The notes beneath the pieces were generated by a model. That model made no database searches and was not told where the DNA came from. It saw only the letters and a program-made list of their open reading frames with translations. DNA of 64,000 nucleotides from Ignavibacteria bacterium (lineage in GTDB: Bacteria; Bacteroidota; Ignavibacteria; Kapaibacteriales; UBA961), in the NCBI GenBank assembly GCA_947491315.1, contig CANLII010000005.1, positions 34,552 to 98,551 on the forward strand. Direction: 5' to 3'. Below are positions 54,185-64,000 of the stretch, piece by piece (position 1 is the stretch's first letter; each line of letters opens with the position of its first letter). Made by a program: the position numbers and the translations under genes.

Positions 54185-55450
54185 ATGCATATTCAAACCA
54201 TGAAACTACGAATTAAATGGGAATACTTCATCGCTGTCTTTCTGTGCTCGGTATTCATTATTGAAGCTCAAGATCGTAAATGTGGGGGAGAAATGCTGCT
54301 TGATGGATCGGAACCATTGATTTCGATAGGACTAGATACAACAGGTCATTGGTGGTCGATAACATCACCTTTTTCCAGAAGATATGCAGTGACAATTGAT
54401 GGAAAAAAAGGAATGGATGTGGATTCATTGAAAGCGCCAATATTCTCTCCGGATGGTCAATATTTTGCATATCCAATGCAGAAAAATGGCATTTGGTCAA
54501 TCATGACTAATGATACAATTATTCCACTTGGAGCCGGCATTCCGGGGTATATTGGTTTTTCGAGATATGGCATTCTGGCTTATACCGTGATTGATGGTCA
54601 AAGCGAAACATTATATATACTTCGAGAAGAAGGCATTTTTTCACAAGTACTCATACATCGCATTGGTGACATAGCATTGAGTTTTGATGGTAATCAATGG
54701 GCATATCGTTCTCGTAGAGCTGGTGGAATTGCACTCATAGTGAATGATGAAGAAATCGGCAGATTTGAGGAATGCTTGATGGCAGGATTCATGCTCGATA
54801 ATTCTTTTGTATATGCCAGTAAACAGGGAGACTTATGGCGAGTAAACAAGAATGATGAAGAAATGCTTACAGCACAATTTCTGAGATTCCTTCAAGTGAA
54901 TCAATCAGGTAGTTTTTTCGCATGCGCTTATGGAAATGGGACAAGGGTAACCGGATTTTTGTATTCAAATGAATTCATAAAGCCACTCGAAACACAATCA
55001 TATGATCGCATTGATGATCTTGTTCTTCACCCTTTTGAACCAATGATGGGTTTGACAGCATTCAAAGCTGGGATGAATATCATTGTGATGAATACGGCGG
55101 AATATGATGCGGGAATCAATGTTGGACCGATTAGATTCACGCATGATGGACAGGAAGTCTATCTCTGCGGGGATTCACAGCAAGATCCATTCATTATCGT
55201 GAATGGTCAAAAATTTATGCAGAAAAATGCATTGGACATCAATAGATTCTATGCGATGTCGCCCAAAAGTGGAACATTCGCATATGCCACTTCATCTGCG
55301 ATGATCATGCAGAGAATGAGTGATGGATTTACTTTTGCTGGAATGATGGCGGACTATGTCACAGCTCCAATATTCAATCATAGAACAGATGCATATGAAT
55401 CACTGGGAGTGGTCAATAATCGATTATTTCTGATGTATTGCAAACCATAA
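54185..55450 (+). CDS. hypothetical exported beta-propeller-like protein
   Basis: Signal peptide; TolB/WD-like repeats FSPDGQYFAY, LSFDGNQWAY, FTHDGQEVY. Confidence 0.6.
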   Translation: MHIQTMKLRIKWEYFIAVFLCSVFIIEAQDRKCGGEMLLDGSEPLISIGLDTTGHWWSITSPFSRRYAVTIDGKKGMDVDSLKAPIFSPDGQYFAYPMQKNGIWSIMTNDTIIPLGAGIPGYIGFSRYGILAYTVIDGQSETLYILREEGIFSQVLIHRIGDIALSFDGNQWAYRSRRAGGIALIVNDEEIGRFEECLMAGFMLDNSFVYASKQGDLWRVNKNDEEMLTAQFLRFLQVNQSGSFFACAYGNGTRVTGFLYSNEFIKPLETQSYDRIDDLVLHPFEPMMGLTAFKAGMNIIVMNTAEYDAGINVGPIRFTHDGQEVYLCGDSQQDPFIIVNGQKFMQKNALDINRFYAMSPKSGTFAYATSSAMIMQRMSDGFTFAGMMADYVTAPIFNHRTDAYESLGVVNNRLFLMYCKP

Positions 55451-55475
55451 AAAAAGGCCCCGAAATTCGGGGCCT
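55449..55475 (-). terminator. intrinsic terminator
   Basis: AGGCCCCGAA-a-TTCGGGGCCT with a T-tract on the minus strand. Confidence 0.8.
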
Positions 55476-55478
55476 GCA

Positions 55479-56039
55479 TCAATTCATTCGATTTTCTTTG
55501 AAATTTTCCGTTTCCGGATCCAGGATTAGTTTCTTTAGGAGATCCATGATTTCTTTGTCGAGAATGCCATTTGAATTCCAGAAGTGAACTTCATTTGTCA
55601 CGCCTTCTTCATATCCGGAAATGCCGCATACAAGGGAAACTTGTGTTAAATCCTCTGCCAATTCACGAACCTTGAATTCATATTTCGCTCTACCTGCCAT
55701 CCAAGTGCCACCACGAATGACGGGAAGTCGACCATATCTCTCGAGCACTATAAAGGTTGTGTCTGCACCACCTGCGAATACTCTGAAGTCTGAACGGATG
55801 AATCCTCGATAGAGTCCTGTTTTTTCATCCATCTTTGGATCGCGTGTTGAAGGATCTGAAAAAGTACCTAATTCATAGAATGATTTTTTGATGCCCTTCC
55901 ACACAGTTCTGATCGATGCTTTCAAAGTGTCTTGAGTTGTGATTTGTGGTAGATCTTCCTCGAATTGTGCATGAAGCGTGGTAACATTCAGCATGCAGGA
56001 AGCGCATGTCATGATGAGAGCTATGAGAATATGTTTCAT
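55479..56039 (-). CDS. hypothetical exported protein
   Basis: 186 aa ORF with signal peptide. Confidence 0.65.
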   Translation of the reverse strand: MKHILIALIMTCASCMLNVTTLHAQFEEDLPQITTQDTLKASIRTVWKGIKKSFYELGTFSDPSTRDPKMDEKTGLYRGFIRSDFRVFAGGADTTFIVLERYGRLPVIRGGTWMAGRAKYEFKVRELAEDLTQVSLVCGISGYEEGVTNEVHFWNSNGILDKEIMDLLKKLILDPETENFKENRMN

Positions 56040-56066
56040 GTCATTGCAAAGATTTGTGGATAAAGA

Positions 56067-59000
56067 TCAAGAACCGGTTAAACGCACAGAAACAACTTTG
56101 GATACACCTTCTTCTTCTTGGGTGACGCCATAGAGCGTATCAGCGGCTTCCATGGTTTTCTTATTATGGGTGATCATCAGGAATTGGGTCTTTTCACTGA
56201 AATTCTTGATGAGGTGCAAATAACGATCGATATTCGCATCGTCGAGAGGTGCATCAACCTCGTCCAAAATACAAAATGGACTTGGTTTGACAAGATAGAT
56301 CGCAAAGAGTAATGCAATCGCAGTGAGTGTTTTTTCACCTGCAGAAAGTAATTCTATGGATTGTGGCCTTTTTCCCGGTGGCTTGGCGGTAATCTCAATG
56401 GAACATTCCAGTGAATCGCCTTCGCCGAGATGAATTTCTGCTTCTCCGCGACCGCTAAATAATGTGGCAAAGAGATCTTTGAAATGTCCTCTAATCTGCT
56501 CAAATGTATCATTGAAGCGCTGTTGAGCGGTTTGATTGATTTCATCCATAGTGGCCTGTAATGACTCTTCTGCTTGGGATAAATCGGCAAGCTGACTCTT
56601 CAGGAATTCCAGGCGCTCATGTTCTTTTTCATATTCTTCCAATGCAAGGAAATTGACATTCCCAAGATGTTGCAGTCGATTGGACAATTTTCTCGCTTTC
56701 TCTTTTTCGATCAATTCAACAAAATCTTGGGGTAATGTCCATGATTCGGGAAGATTGGAAAAATCAATAGAGGGATACTGTTCTTCAATTTTCTCGAGAA
56801 TACGCTTGAATTCAATTTGAGCATGTTGAAGACTCAGCTCTGTGGCATGTACTTGTTCGGTGATTGCATGTTCCAGAGTGCGAATCTCGCCTTCGAAATT
56901 GCGTACTTGTTGTCTTTTTTCCTTGAAATCACGGGCTTTATCTTGTCTTTGAGAAATAGCTTCTTGCAAACTTTTTACGCGTTCTTCTTCTTCCACCAAA
57001 TCAGATGCAACAGCATTCATTGCAGATTCGAGTATCATTTGTTCATTGCCTGCTCTTTCCTGTTCATCTTTGAGATACTGCAATTGCTCGGTTTTCTGAG
57101 AAATGATCTCTTCCAATCGACGAATCTCTGAAGCCGCCGATCTTTCCTCGCCTCGCTTTTGCACAAGTGTAATTTCGGATTGCCTGAATGCATTTTCAGA
57201 ATTGATCAATTGAGTATCTGTCTCTTGAATGCGCATCAAAATTGATTTTTTGAGTTCATCAGCTTCAAAGCGTTTTGAATTAACATCATCCATTGCTTCA
57301 TTCAAACTTGTATTACTGCCTTTGAATTCAGTCAATTCGGAATGAAGATTGCGCAATGTATCATCTTGCTTTTCTCTCGCAGATTCAAGCGCTTCTTTGC
57401 GATATCGCAACTTGGATAATTCTTGCTCGAACAGATTACGATCAAATTCAGCTTTGCGAACCTGTTCTGTCAACTTCTTGATATCGATGGCATCATGATT
57501 TGCTTTTGTGGAAGAAATTTCAGCATTCAATGCTTCAATATCTTTTATCAAAGCATCCAATGATTTTTGTTGCTTGGCGATTTGTTCTCTTCTACCAATC
57601 CTCTTTCCTTCTGAAGAGGAAATAGAACCACCGCGAATGATTCCTTCCGCGCCATAGATTTCACCACGAAGCGTGATGCATGTGCAATCGGGATTGCTTT
57701 TTCTGACAATATTTGCAGTATCTACAGATTCAACAATCAGAGTCTTGCCGAGAAGTATTCTGAGTGAATGTCGTATTGTATCATCAACAGATACAATTTC
57801 ACTTGCCCAACCAATAATTCCTGATACTTGTGGCTGTTTGCCTGGTGCAGAACTAGCTGGAATGAATTCTCTACACAGAAAAGATGCTTTGCCTTTGGAT
57901 GCTTTTTCTAATTCTTCGCAGCCTTGCATTGCTTCTTTCATGGTGTCGACCACAAAATAACCGCCGGCATCACCGAGCGCAGCTTCAATCGCGATTCCGA
58001 TGGCTTCATCAGCATTGATGATTTCTGCTAAAGTAATTTTACCTGATGCAGGAATCCATGTCTTTGATGATGACAAATACACCGAACTTTCATTGGTTTC
58101 AACAAGATTGGAAAGGAATTCGATGGAAGCCGTCAAGCGACCTTTCTCATTTTGTTTTTCGGCGCTCGTCTCACGCAATGAGCCAATGCGTGACTGCAAT
58201 TCAGCAATATGTTCTTGTGCATCTTGCAAAGTGACTTCAGTTTCTCTCAATGCACTCGCAAATTGCTCCTGATCTTTGGTTTTTATAATAATCTCTTGAA
58301 TGACTATTTCAAGTGATTGCTTGGTACCAGAGATTTCACCTTCGGTTTCTGCAATGCGTCTTTCGAGTCCGGCTATGCGCTCGGAAGCTCTGTCTGAAGC
58401 AGATCTTCTTTCGGCAATGGTCTTGTCAAGAATTGCCAATATCTCATCATATTGTTTTGCTTCGCCACGAAGCTCTTGAGCTTTATTTCGAACATCTTCT
58501 CTTGCTTCGCGGTAATTCTTTACTTCTGTTTCAAGCGCATCACATTGAGCGTATAATTCAGCAACTCTTTCCTTTGATCTCTCGAGTGCATTCATTGCTT
58601 CGCTTCTGGTATGATCAGCTTCATTGGCCTGATCCATAGCACGCACAATTGCTTCACTGAATGCTTTGATTCTTTCAATGCTCACAGCTTTCTGTTGTGA
58701 CATCGCAGCCAAATGCTTACTTGAATCATTCAACTGATTCTGTAATTCACGCATTTCGGCTTCGAATTGTTCTGCTTCAGCTTCCAGTGCTATGCGCGCT
58801 TGTTCTGCATCATGCAATTCTTTTTCCAGATTGGTTTTGCGTTCAATCAATGGAATGAGTTCTGCTTTTTTTGCAACAAGTAAAGTATCAATCTTCACAT
58901 AATCATGATGCAAAATCCATGCTTCGGTTTGTCGTAATTCATCAGTGATTTCACCATGCAGCTTGGCCTTTTCAGCTTGACGTTGTAATGTATACACTGT

Positions 59001-59600
59001 CTTTTGCACTTCACGCATGATATCCTGCACGCGCTCCACATCAGCTTTGATAGATTCAATTCTGCGTCTAGTTTCTTTTCTGCGGGCTTTATATTTCGTA
59101 ACACCGGCAGCTTCTTCGAAGAGATGTCTTCGGTCATCAGTTCTATCACTCAATATTTTTTCAATCATCTTGAGCTCAATGACGGAATATGCATCCGCAC
59201 CCATTCCAGTGTCCATGAAGAGATCAATGATATCTCGCAGACGACATTGCGTTTTGTTCAAGAAATACTGACTTTCTCCATTGCGATAGAGTCTTCGAGT
59301 GAGTGTCACTTCGGTGTATTCTGTTGGGAGAATATTACGATTATTTTGAATGGTGAGGGAAACTTCTGCAAGGCCCACAGGACGACGCGTTCTTGTTCCA
59401 TTGAAAATCACATTTTCCATTGCATCAGATCGTAGCACGGATGTTTTTTGTTCCCCGAGAGCCCATCTGATAGCATCCACGATATTTGTTTTTCCGCAAC
59501 CATTGGGACCAACAATGGCGGATAGTCCGCCCTCAAAACTAAGTGAGGTTTTTTGAGCGAATGATTTAAAACCAATTATATCGACAGAAGATAGATACAT
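56067..59600 (-). CDS. smc: chromosome segregation protein SMC
   Basis: GFKSF, GPNGCGKTN, coiled coils with hinge, LLSAGEK, ILDEVDAPLDDAN. Confidence 0.97.
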   Translation of the reverse strand: MYLSSVDIIGFKSFAQKTSLSFEGGLSAIVGPNGCGKTNIVDAIRWALGEQKTSVLRSDAMENVIFNGTRTRRPVGLAEVSLTIQNNRNILPTEYTEVTLTRRLYRNGESQYFLNKTQCRLRDIIDLFMDTGMGADAYSVIELKMIEKILSDRTDDRRHLFEEAAGVTKYKARRKETRRRIESIKADVERVQDIMREVQKTVYTLQRQAEKAKLHGEITDELRQTEAWILHHDYVKIDTLLVAKKAELIPLIERKTNLEKELHDAEQARIALEAEAEQFEAEMRELQNQLNDSSKHLAAMSQQKAVSIERIKAFSEAIVRAMDQANEADHTRSEAMNALERSKERVAELYAQCDALETEVKNYREAREDVRNKAQELRGEAKQYDEILAILDKTIAERRSASDRASERIAGLERRIAETEGEISGTKQSLEIVIQEIIIKTKDQEQFASALRETEVTLQDAQEHIAELQSRIGSLRETSAEKQNEKGRLTASIEFLSNLVETNESSVYLSSSKTWIPASGKITLAEIINADEAIGIAIEAALGDAGGYFVVDTMKEAMQGCEELEKASKGKASFLCREFIPASSAPGKQPQVSGIIGWASEIVSVDDTIRHSLRILLGKTLIVESVDTANIVRKSNPDCTCITLRGEIYGAEGIIRGGSISSSEGKRIGRREQIAKQQKSLDALIKDIEALNAEISSTKANHDAIDIKKLTEQVRKAEFDRNLFEQELSKLRYRKEALESAREKQDDTLRNLHSELTEFKGSNTSLNEAMDDVNSKRFEADELKKSILMRIQETDTQLINSENAFRQSEITLVQKRGEERSAASEIRRLEEIISQKTEQLQYLKDEQERAGNEQMILESAMNAVASDLVEEEERVKSLQEAISQRQDKARDFKEKRQQVRNFEGEIRTLEHAITEQVHATELSLQHAQIEFKRILEKIEEQYPSIDFSNLPESWTLPQDFVELIEKEKARKLSNRLQHLGNVNFLALEEYEKEHERLEFLKSQLADLSQAEESLQATMDEINQTAQQRFNDTFEQIRGHFKDLFATLFSGRGEAEIHLGEGDSLECSIEITAKPPGKRPQSIELLSAGEKTLTAIALLFAIYLVKPSPFCILDEVDAPLDDANIDRYLHLIKNFSEKTQFLMITHNKKTMEAADTLYGVTQEEEGVSKVVSVRLTGS

Positions 59601-59687
59601 GTTGATTCACGTATGTGAAATGGAATCTGGGGACTCATACAATGCCTTGCAAAAATACGAAGTGTACATGTTTTGCCCTGCCTTGCG

Positions 59688-59750
59688 TTTTCCACATGTC
59701 CACATTGAAGAAAAAGGCATAACTTTGTGAAAATCATCGATTTATCCACA
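59688..59750. promoter_or_regulatory. DnaA-box-like sites in the smc/lptA divergent region
   Basis: TTTTCCACA 59688-59696, ATGTCCACA 59696-59704, perfect TTATCCACA 59742-59750. Confidence 0.55.
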
Positions 59751-59775
59751 GCTTCTCCCCCAATTTTCCAAATCT

Positions 59776-61155
59776 ATGTCAAGAATTGGCGCTCATAAAC
59801 GAACCTTGAATCATTTGATTGTCCAGATCATGTGGATAATTTCGGTTATTGTCGCAATGGCTGAAACTCGTGAACCCATCAATTTGCATCATGCAGATGT
59901 TTTATCCGGTTCAGAAAGTCCGACTGGTCCAATCAGACAGTGTCGTGGGAATGTGCATCTCTCTCAAGGCAATGTCTCAGTGAAATGTGATTATGCACTC
60001 TGGAACATCAATAGTAATTCCATTGAAATGTCGGGAAATGTGATCATCCAGCAGGGAACGATGACTTTATCTATGCCTTCGGGTTCCTATGATGGGGGAT
60101 CTAAATTAGCCAAGGGAAGAGGTGGAGTGAAAGTCATTGATCGAGGAAGAACGGTAAAAGCACTATATGGTGACTATTCAACGAAGTCATATCTCGCCAG
60201 ATTTTTTGGAAATGTTTCTGTTGAAGATGATTCCACATTGATCTATGCAGATTCAGCGCATTATGAAAGATCGACAAGACGAAGTCTCGCATTTGGAAGA
60301 GTTGTGGTGTTAAGCAAGAATAATCCCGCCATCATAGAAGGTATATTCGCTGAAAGCATTCCGAATGAGGAAATGACAAGAATTACCGGAAGGCCAATAT
60401 TGTTTTTGATTGATAGCACGAAGAACAATGATACGATACTCATTGAAAGAAAACAGGAATCAGAAAAAAAATCAAAGAAGAAAGTTCAAACTCAGGATTC
60501 TCTGTTCATTAAGCAATCATTTGCTTATGATACAATGACTGTGACCGCTGATACTCTTGAGACTTCATCATCGAGAGGGAATATGTATGAGGCAAAACAG
60601 AATGTTGAAATCATTCGATCTGGAATGTCGGGAATATGTACTTCTGCATTGTTCAAACCCGATAATGATACGCTGAGATTGGAAGGAAAGCCGATGATAT
60701 GGTTTGATTCCACGATGATGACTGCGGATTCGATGTATATTCTCATGAAGAAGAGATCGCTTATTAAAATTGACGCATCTGGTTCGGCATTTACATTGAC
60801 AAAAGATGATACTCTTCGTCCACAAAGAGCTCAGCAATTGAGTGGAAAGCATATTACCATCAATGTTAAACAAGACACGATTTTCAATATCGTTTCGGAA
60901 GTCCAAGCAAAGAGTTTGTATTTCTTACTCAGTGAAAAAGGGATTCCTGAAGGGGCAGCCAAAAATTCATGTGATACAATTGTCGTGAGATTTGAAGCGG
61001 GTGAACCCGAATCCATTATTTGGATTGGTGGCGTTCAGGGAGAAGTGTATCCCGAACATGTAATTGAGAGCAGGGAGGTGTCATTCGATTTACCAGGCAG
61101 ACCCGAAGAGCGAAAAAAACCAATCAGAAGAACCAGGCAATATCCTCATCATTGA
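59776..61155 (+). CDS. OstA/LptA-family beta-jellyroll LPS transport protein
   Basis: Repeated GNV.(L/I).Q and .AD(S/T) jellyroll patterns; start uncertain. Confidence 0.75.
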   Translation: MSRIGAHKRTLNHLIVQIMWIISVIVAMAETREPINLHHADVLSGSESPTGPIRQCRGNVHLSQGNVSVKCDYALWNINSNSIEMSGNVIIQQGTMTLSMPSGSYDGGSKLAKGRGGVKVIDRGRTVKALYGDYSTKSYLARFFGNVSVEDDSTLIYADSAHYERSTRRSLAFGRVVVLSKNNPAIIEGIFAESIPNEEMTRITGRPILFLIDSTKNNDTILIERKQESEKKSKKKVQTQDSLFIKQSFAYDTMTVTADTLETSSSRGNMYEAKQNVEIIRSGMSGICTSALFKPDNDTLRLEGKPMIWFDSTMMTADSMYILMKKRSLIKIDASGSAFTLTKDDTLRPQRAQQLSGKHITINVKQDTIFNIVSEVQAKSLYFLLSEKGIPEGAAKNSCDTIVVRFEAGEPESIIWIGGVQGEVYPEHVIESREVSFDLPGRPEERKKPIRRTRQYPHH

Positions 61156-62004
61156 TCAAGAAAGTACATCAATATCCAGCGAGATGTCCATTGCCGAGGC
61201 AGAATGTGTGATGGCCCCAACCGAGATGAAATCAACGCCTGTCATTGCATAATTTCTGATTGTTGCTAGCGTGATATTACCTGAAGACTCTGTTTCCATT
61301 GCACGATTCACAAGTTCCACGCCGGCTTTGGTTTGCTCAACAGTGAAATTATCGAACAAAATTCTTTTCACATTTCCATATTCAAGTATTTCGATGACAT
61401 CTTGCAGTGAATCTGCTTCCACTTCAATGGGAATATCATCAGGAATATATTCTTTGCAAATGCGAATTGCGTCTTTTATTCCACCTGCAGCTGCAATATG
61501 ATTGTCTTTGATCATCGCCATGTCATATAAGCCCATGCGATGATTATTTCCACCGCCCATTCTCACTGCATATTTATCGAGTTCTCTCCAGCCTGGGATG
61601 GTTTTTCGTGTATCCAGAATTCTTGCCCCGGTTCCTTCAATTGCATGTACATATTTTGCAGTAAGAGTTGCAACGCCACTCATTCTTTGCATGAAATTGA
61701 GAGCTGTTCTTTCTCCTGAGAGTAAATCGCGAGCTTCTCCATCGATTTCCGCGAGAATCATTCCAGGTGCCATGATATCACCATCTTGCATATGTTTCAC
61801 CCATGAAATGCGATTGTCGCTGACGATTTGAAACACCATTCCTGCAACAGAAAGTCCACAGGCAATGCCATGTTGTTTGGCAATGAATGTGCCATGAGAC
61901 CATGCGCCGATTTCTGGAAAAATACTTTCCGTAGTCACATCGCCCGTTCTGATGTCTTCATTCAATGCAATTTGTATGAGTCGGATGATTTCTGAATTAT
62001 GCAC
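61156..62004 (-). CDS. nadC: quinolinate phosphoribosyltransferase
   Basis: GDVTT, ERTALN, DTRKTIPG, NHRMGLYD, IKDNH, ISVGAITHS. Confidence 0.95.
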   Translation of the reverse strand: MHNSEIIRLIQIALNEDIRTGDVTTESIFPEIGAWSHGTFIAKQHGIACGLSVAGMVFQIVSDNRISWVKHMQDGDIMAPGMILAEIDGEARDLLSGERTALNFMQRMSGVATLTAKYVHAIEGTGARILDTRKTIPGWRELDKYAVRMGGGNNHRMGLYDMAMIKDNHIAAAGGIKDAIRICKEYIPDDIPIEVEADSLQDVIEILEYGNVKRILFDNFTVEQTKAGVELVNRAMETESSGNITLATIRNYAMTGVDFISVGAITHSASAMDISLDIDVLS

Positions 62005-62023
62005 GATGCTATTGAGATGGTGA

Positions 62024-63457
62024 TCAAGATTTCTTTTTCATGAATGCATAGAGAGGAATGCCTGTCAGCACAAGTAATACGCCGGGAATTGTTGTATCGG
62101 GTTTGAAGAATAATAAGTCCAAAATGATTGCGCTGGCAAATGCGATATACAAAGCGGGTAAAATGGGATATCCAAATGCTTTATATGGTCTTTCGGCATC
62201 GGGTCTTTTCTTGCGCAGAATAAAGATTCCATAAATGGTGAGAATATAGAAAATCAAAACGGCTGTAACCACATAATCCAATAATGCGCCATAGGTGCCG
62301 GAAAGACATAAGAGTGAAGCCCATATAGCTTGTATGATAAGGGCTATACCGGGAACGCCATTCCCATTGAGATTTCCTGCTTTGGCAAAAAAGAGTCCAT
62401 CCTTGGCCATTGCAAAATATGCGCGAGATCCGGAGAGTATGATGCCATTATTGCAACCAAAGGTTGAAATCATGATGAGTGCTGCCATGATAGAGGCTCC
62501 GCCTGCACCAAAGATGATTTCCGCTGCTGCAGCTCCAACTCTGTCACTCACGGCAAATTGCATTCCACGGGCCATCACATCGCTTCCTTCGGGAAATCCT
62601 ATGACGGGGAGAACATGCATATAGGCGACATTGGCCAGGATATAGAGCAAAGTGACAATACCTGTTCCAATTGCAAGACTAAGTGGAATATTTTTAGCTG
62701 GTTCACGCACTTCGCCGGCCGTGAATGTGATATTATTCCATGCATCGCTAGAAAAGATTGAACCAACCATTGCTGTACCGAACATTGCAATGAGCATTGC
62801 ACCGCCGAGATCCATGACCGTTCCATCCGGTTTGATTTGCTCTGCATCCCAAAATGTGGTTAGGTTTTGAGTCCATGTTGCATGATCACTTCCAAAGAAT
62901 AAGCCCAAACCAATGAGAATGATGAGAGCTGCTGTCTTGGAAAATGTAAATATATTCTGAATGATTTTTCCTTCTCGCACACCACGAAGATTGATCCAAG
63001 TCAATATCCAGATACTGATGATTGCAAGAATTTGCGCGCCTGAAATCGTGAACGAACCAATGGTCAGAAGAATGTTTTTCTCACTCACAAAAGGAATGAA
63101 CACTCCCGTATATTTTGCAAATGCAACCGCGACTGCTGCAATTGTTCCGGTTTGTATGACGGCAAATAATGTCCAACCATAGAGAAAAGCGATGAATGGA
63201 TTATATGCTTCACGCAAATACACATATTGTCCACCTGCTTTTGGCATCATGCCCGCGAGTTCACCATAACTCAAGGCCGCAATCAGGGTAAATATGCCAG
63301 TCAAAGCCCAAACGAGCAATACCCATCCACCACCACCGATTGTGCGGGAAATATCGGCACTGACAATAAAAATACCTGAACCGATCATGGATCCGATGAC
63401 AAGCATCGTGGAGTCGAAGAGACCGAGATCGCGTTTAAATGTTTGTTCTTGATTCAT
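62024..63457 (-). CDS. APC-family amino acid permease
   Basis: GSMIGSGIF, YGELA.MMPKAGGQYVYL, ERPYKAFGYP; about 12 TM. Confidence 0.92.
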   Translation of the reverse strand: MNQEQTFKRDLGLFDSTMLVIGSMIGSGIFIVSADISRTIGGGGWVLLVWALTGIFTLIAALSYGELAGMMPKAGGQYVYLREAYNPFIAFLYGWTLFAVIQTGTIAAVAVAFAKYTGVFIPFVSEKNILLTIGSFTISGAQILAIISIWILTWINLRGVREGKIIQNIFTFSKTAALIILIGLGLFFGSDHATWTQNLTTFWDAEQIKPDGTVMDLGGAMLIAMFGTAMVGSIFSSDAWNNITFTAGEVREPAKNIPLSLAIGTGIVTLLYILANVAYMHVLPVIGFPEGSDVMARGMQFAVSDRVGAAAAEIIFGAGGASIMAALIMISTFGCNNGIILSGSRAYFAMAKDGLFFAKAGNLNGNGVPGIALIIQAIWASLLCLSGTYGALLDYVVTAVLIFYILTIYGIFILRKKRPDAERPYKAFGYPILPALYIAFASAIILDLLFFKPDTTIPGVLLVLTGIPLYAFMKKKS

Positions 63458-63517
63458 GAACTTACCCAAAAAAGATTGAGGCGAAAATAGGCATCAAAGT
63501 GGAGAATATGCAAAGAC

Positions 63518-63542
63518 AAAAAAAAGACCGCTTTTGGCGGTC
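63518..63542 (-). terminator. intrinsic terminator after the SDR gene
   Basis: Minus strand GACCGC-CAAAA-GCGGTC-T8. Confidence 0.8.
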
Positions 63543-63554
63543 AAATGATGCTGA

Positions 63555-64000
63555 TCATGCTTGCTCTTCGGGTGTCCACCAGGTGAGATCGATTGAGTCT
63601 TCTCCACCATCCACGCCGAGAATCGTACCATTGATCCAATCACATTCCGGCTTGACGAGAAGTGAAATTACATTCGCTATATCTTCGGGTTGTGTGAGGC
63701 GATGATAAGGATTACGCATATATGCATTTTTCATGATGGTAGCGCTGCCCGGAATTTTATCTAATGCGGGAGTATATGTCACACCTGCACGAATTGAATT
63801 TGCGGTGATTCCATGAGGAGCAAGTTCAAGAGCCATTTGTCGTATATATGATTCCATCGCGGATTTTGCTGCTGCGACAGCTCCATACATCGGTAAAACG
63901 CGTTGACTTCCCGCTGAAGTTAAGCCAATGATGCGAGAACCTTTGGAAAACAGACCTGATGCCATAACTGCTTGTGACCAATAAACAATGCTATTTGCCA
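63555..64000 (-). CDS. SDR oxidoreductase, enoyl-ACP reductase (FabL/FabI)-like; 5' end truncated by the window edge
   Basis: YGAVAAAK (Yx6K), ELAPHGITAN, WINGTIL.VDGG; frame open to the right edge. Confidence 0.75.
   Translation of the reverse strand, partial: ANSIVYWSQAVMASGLFSKGSRIIGLTSAGSQRVLPMYGAVAAAKSAMESYIRQMALELAPHGITANSIRAGVTYTPALDKIPGSATIMKNAYMRNPYHRLTQPEDIANVISLLVKPECDWINGTILGVDGGEDSIDLTWWTPEEQA

Noticed and set aside
59601-59625. parS-like site next to the smc start
   Set aside because: TGATTCACGT matches only half of the parS palindrome.

Overview
This is a gene-dense, mostly housekeeping window from an FCB-group bacterium. The TAnnTTTG promoters, T9SS C-terminal domains, CIRCE site and SMC point to a Kapabacteria/Ignavibacteria-like lineage (inference). 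It holds about 60 CDS, including cdsA, ftsI, xerD, guaB, sufU/sufT, miaB, dnaB, queF/queD, gltX, lepB, cdaA, kmo, dapA, groES/groEL, gcvT, trxA, eno, udg, speB, lpxH, smc and nadC, plus one tRNA-Leu(CAA), a perfect CIRCE and several intrinsic terminators. Three things stand out. (1) A low-GC TPR-adenylate cyclase gene lies between two copies of the udg 3' end (147 bp identical, 2466 bp apart), next to a second low-GC gene and the tRNA-Leu 3' end. (2) An ECF sigma / envelope-spanning anti-sigma / lipoprotein / T9SS-cargo operon. (3) DnaA boxes cluster upstream of dnaB, at the smc/lptA divergence and upstream of an unknown coiled-coil gene. I found no transposase, CRISPR array, rRNA or reverse transcriptase. 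All calls come from reading motifs by eye; no database search was run.
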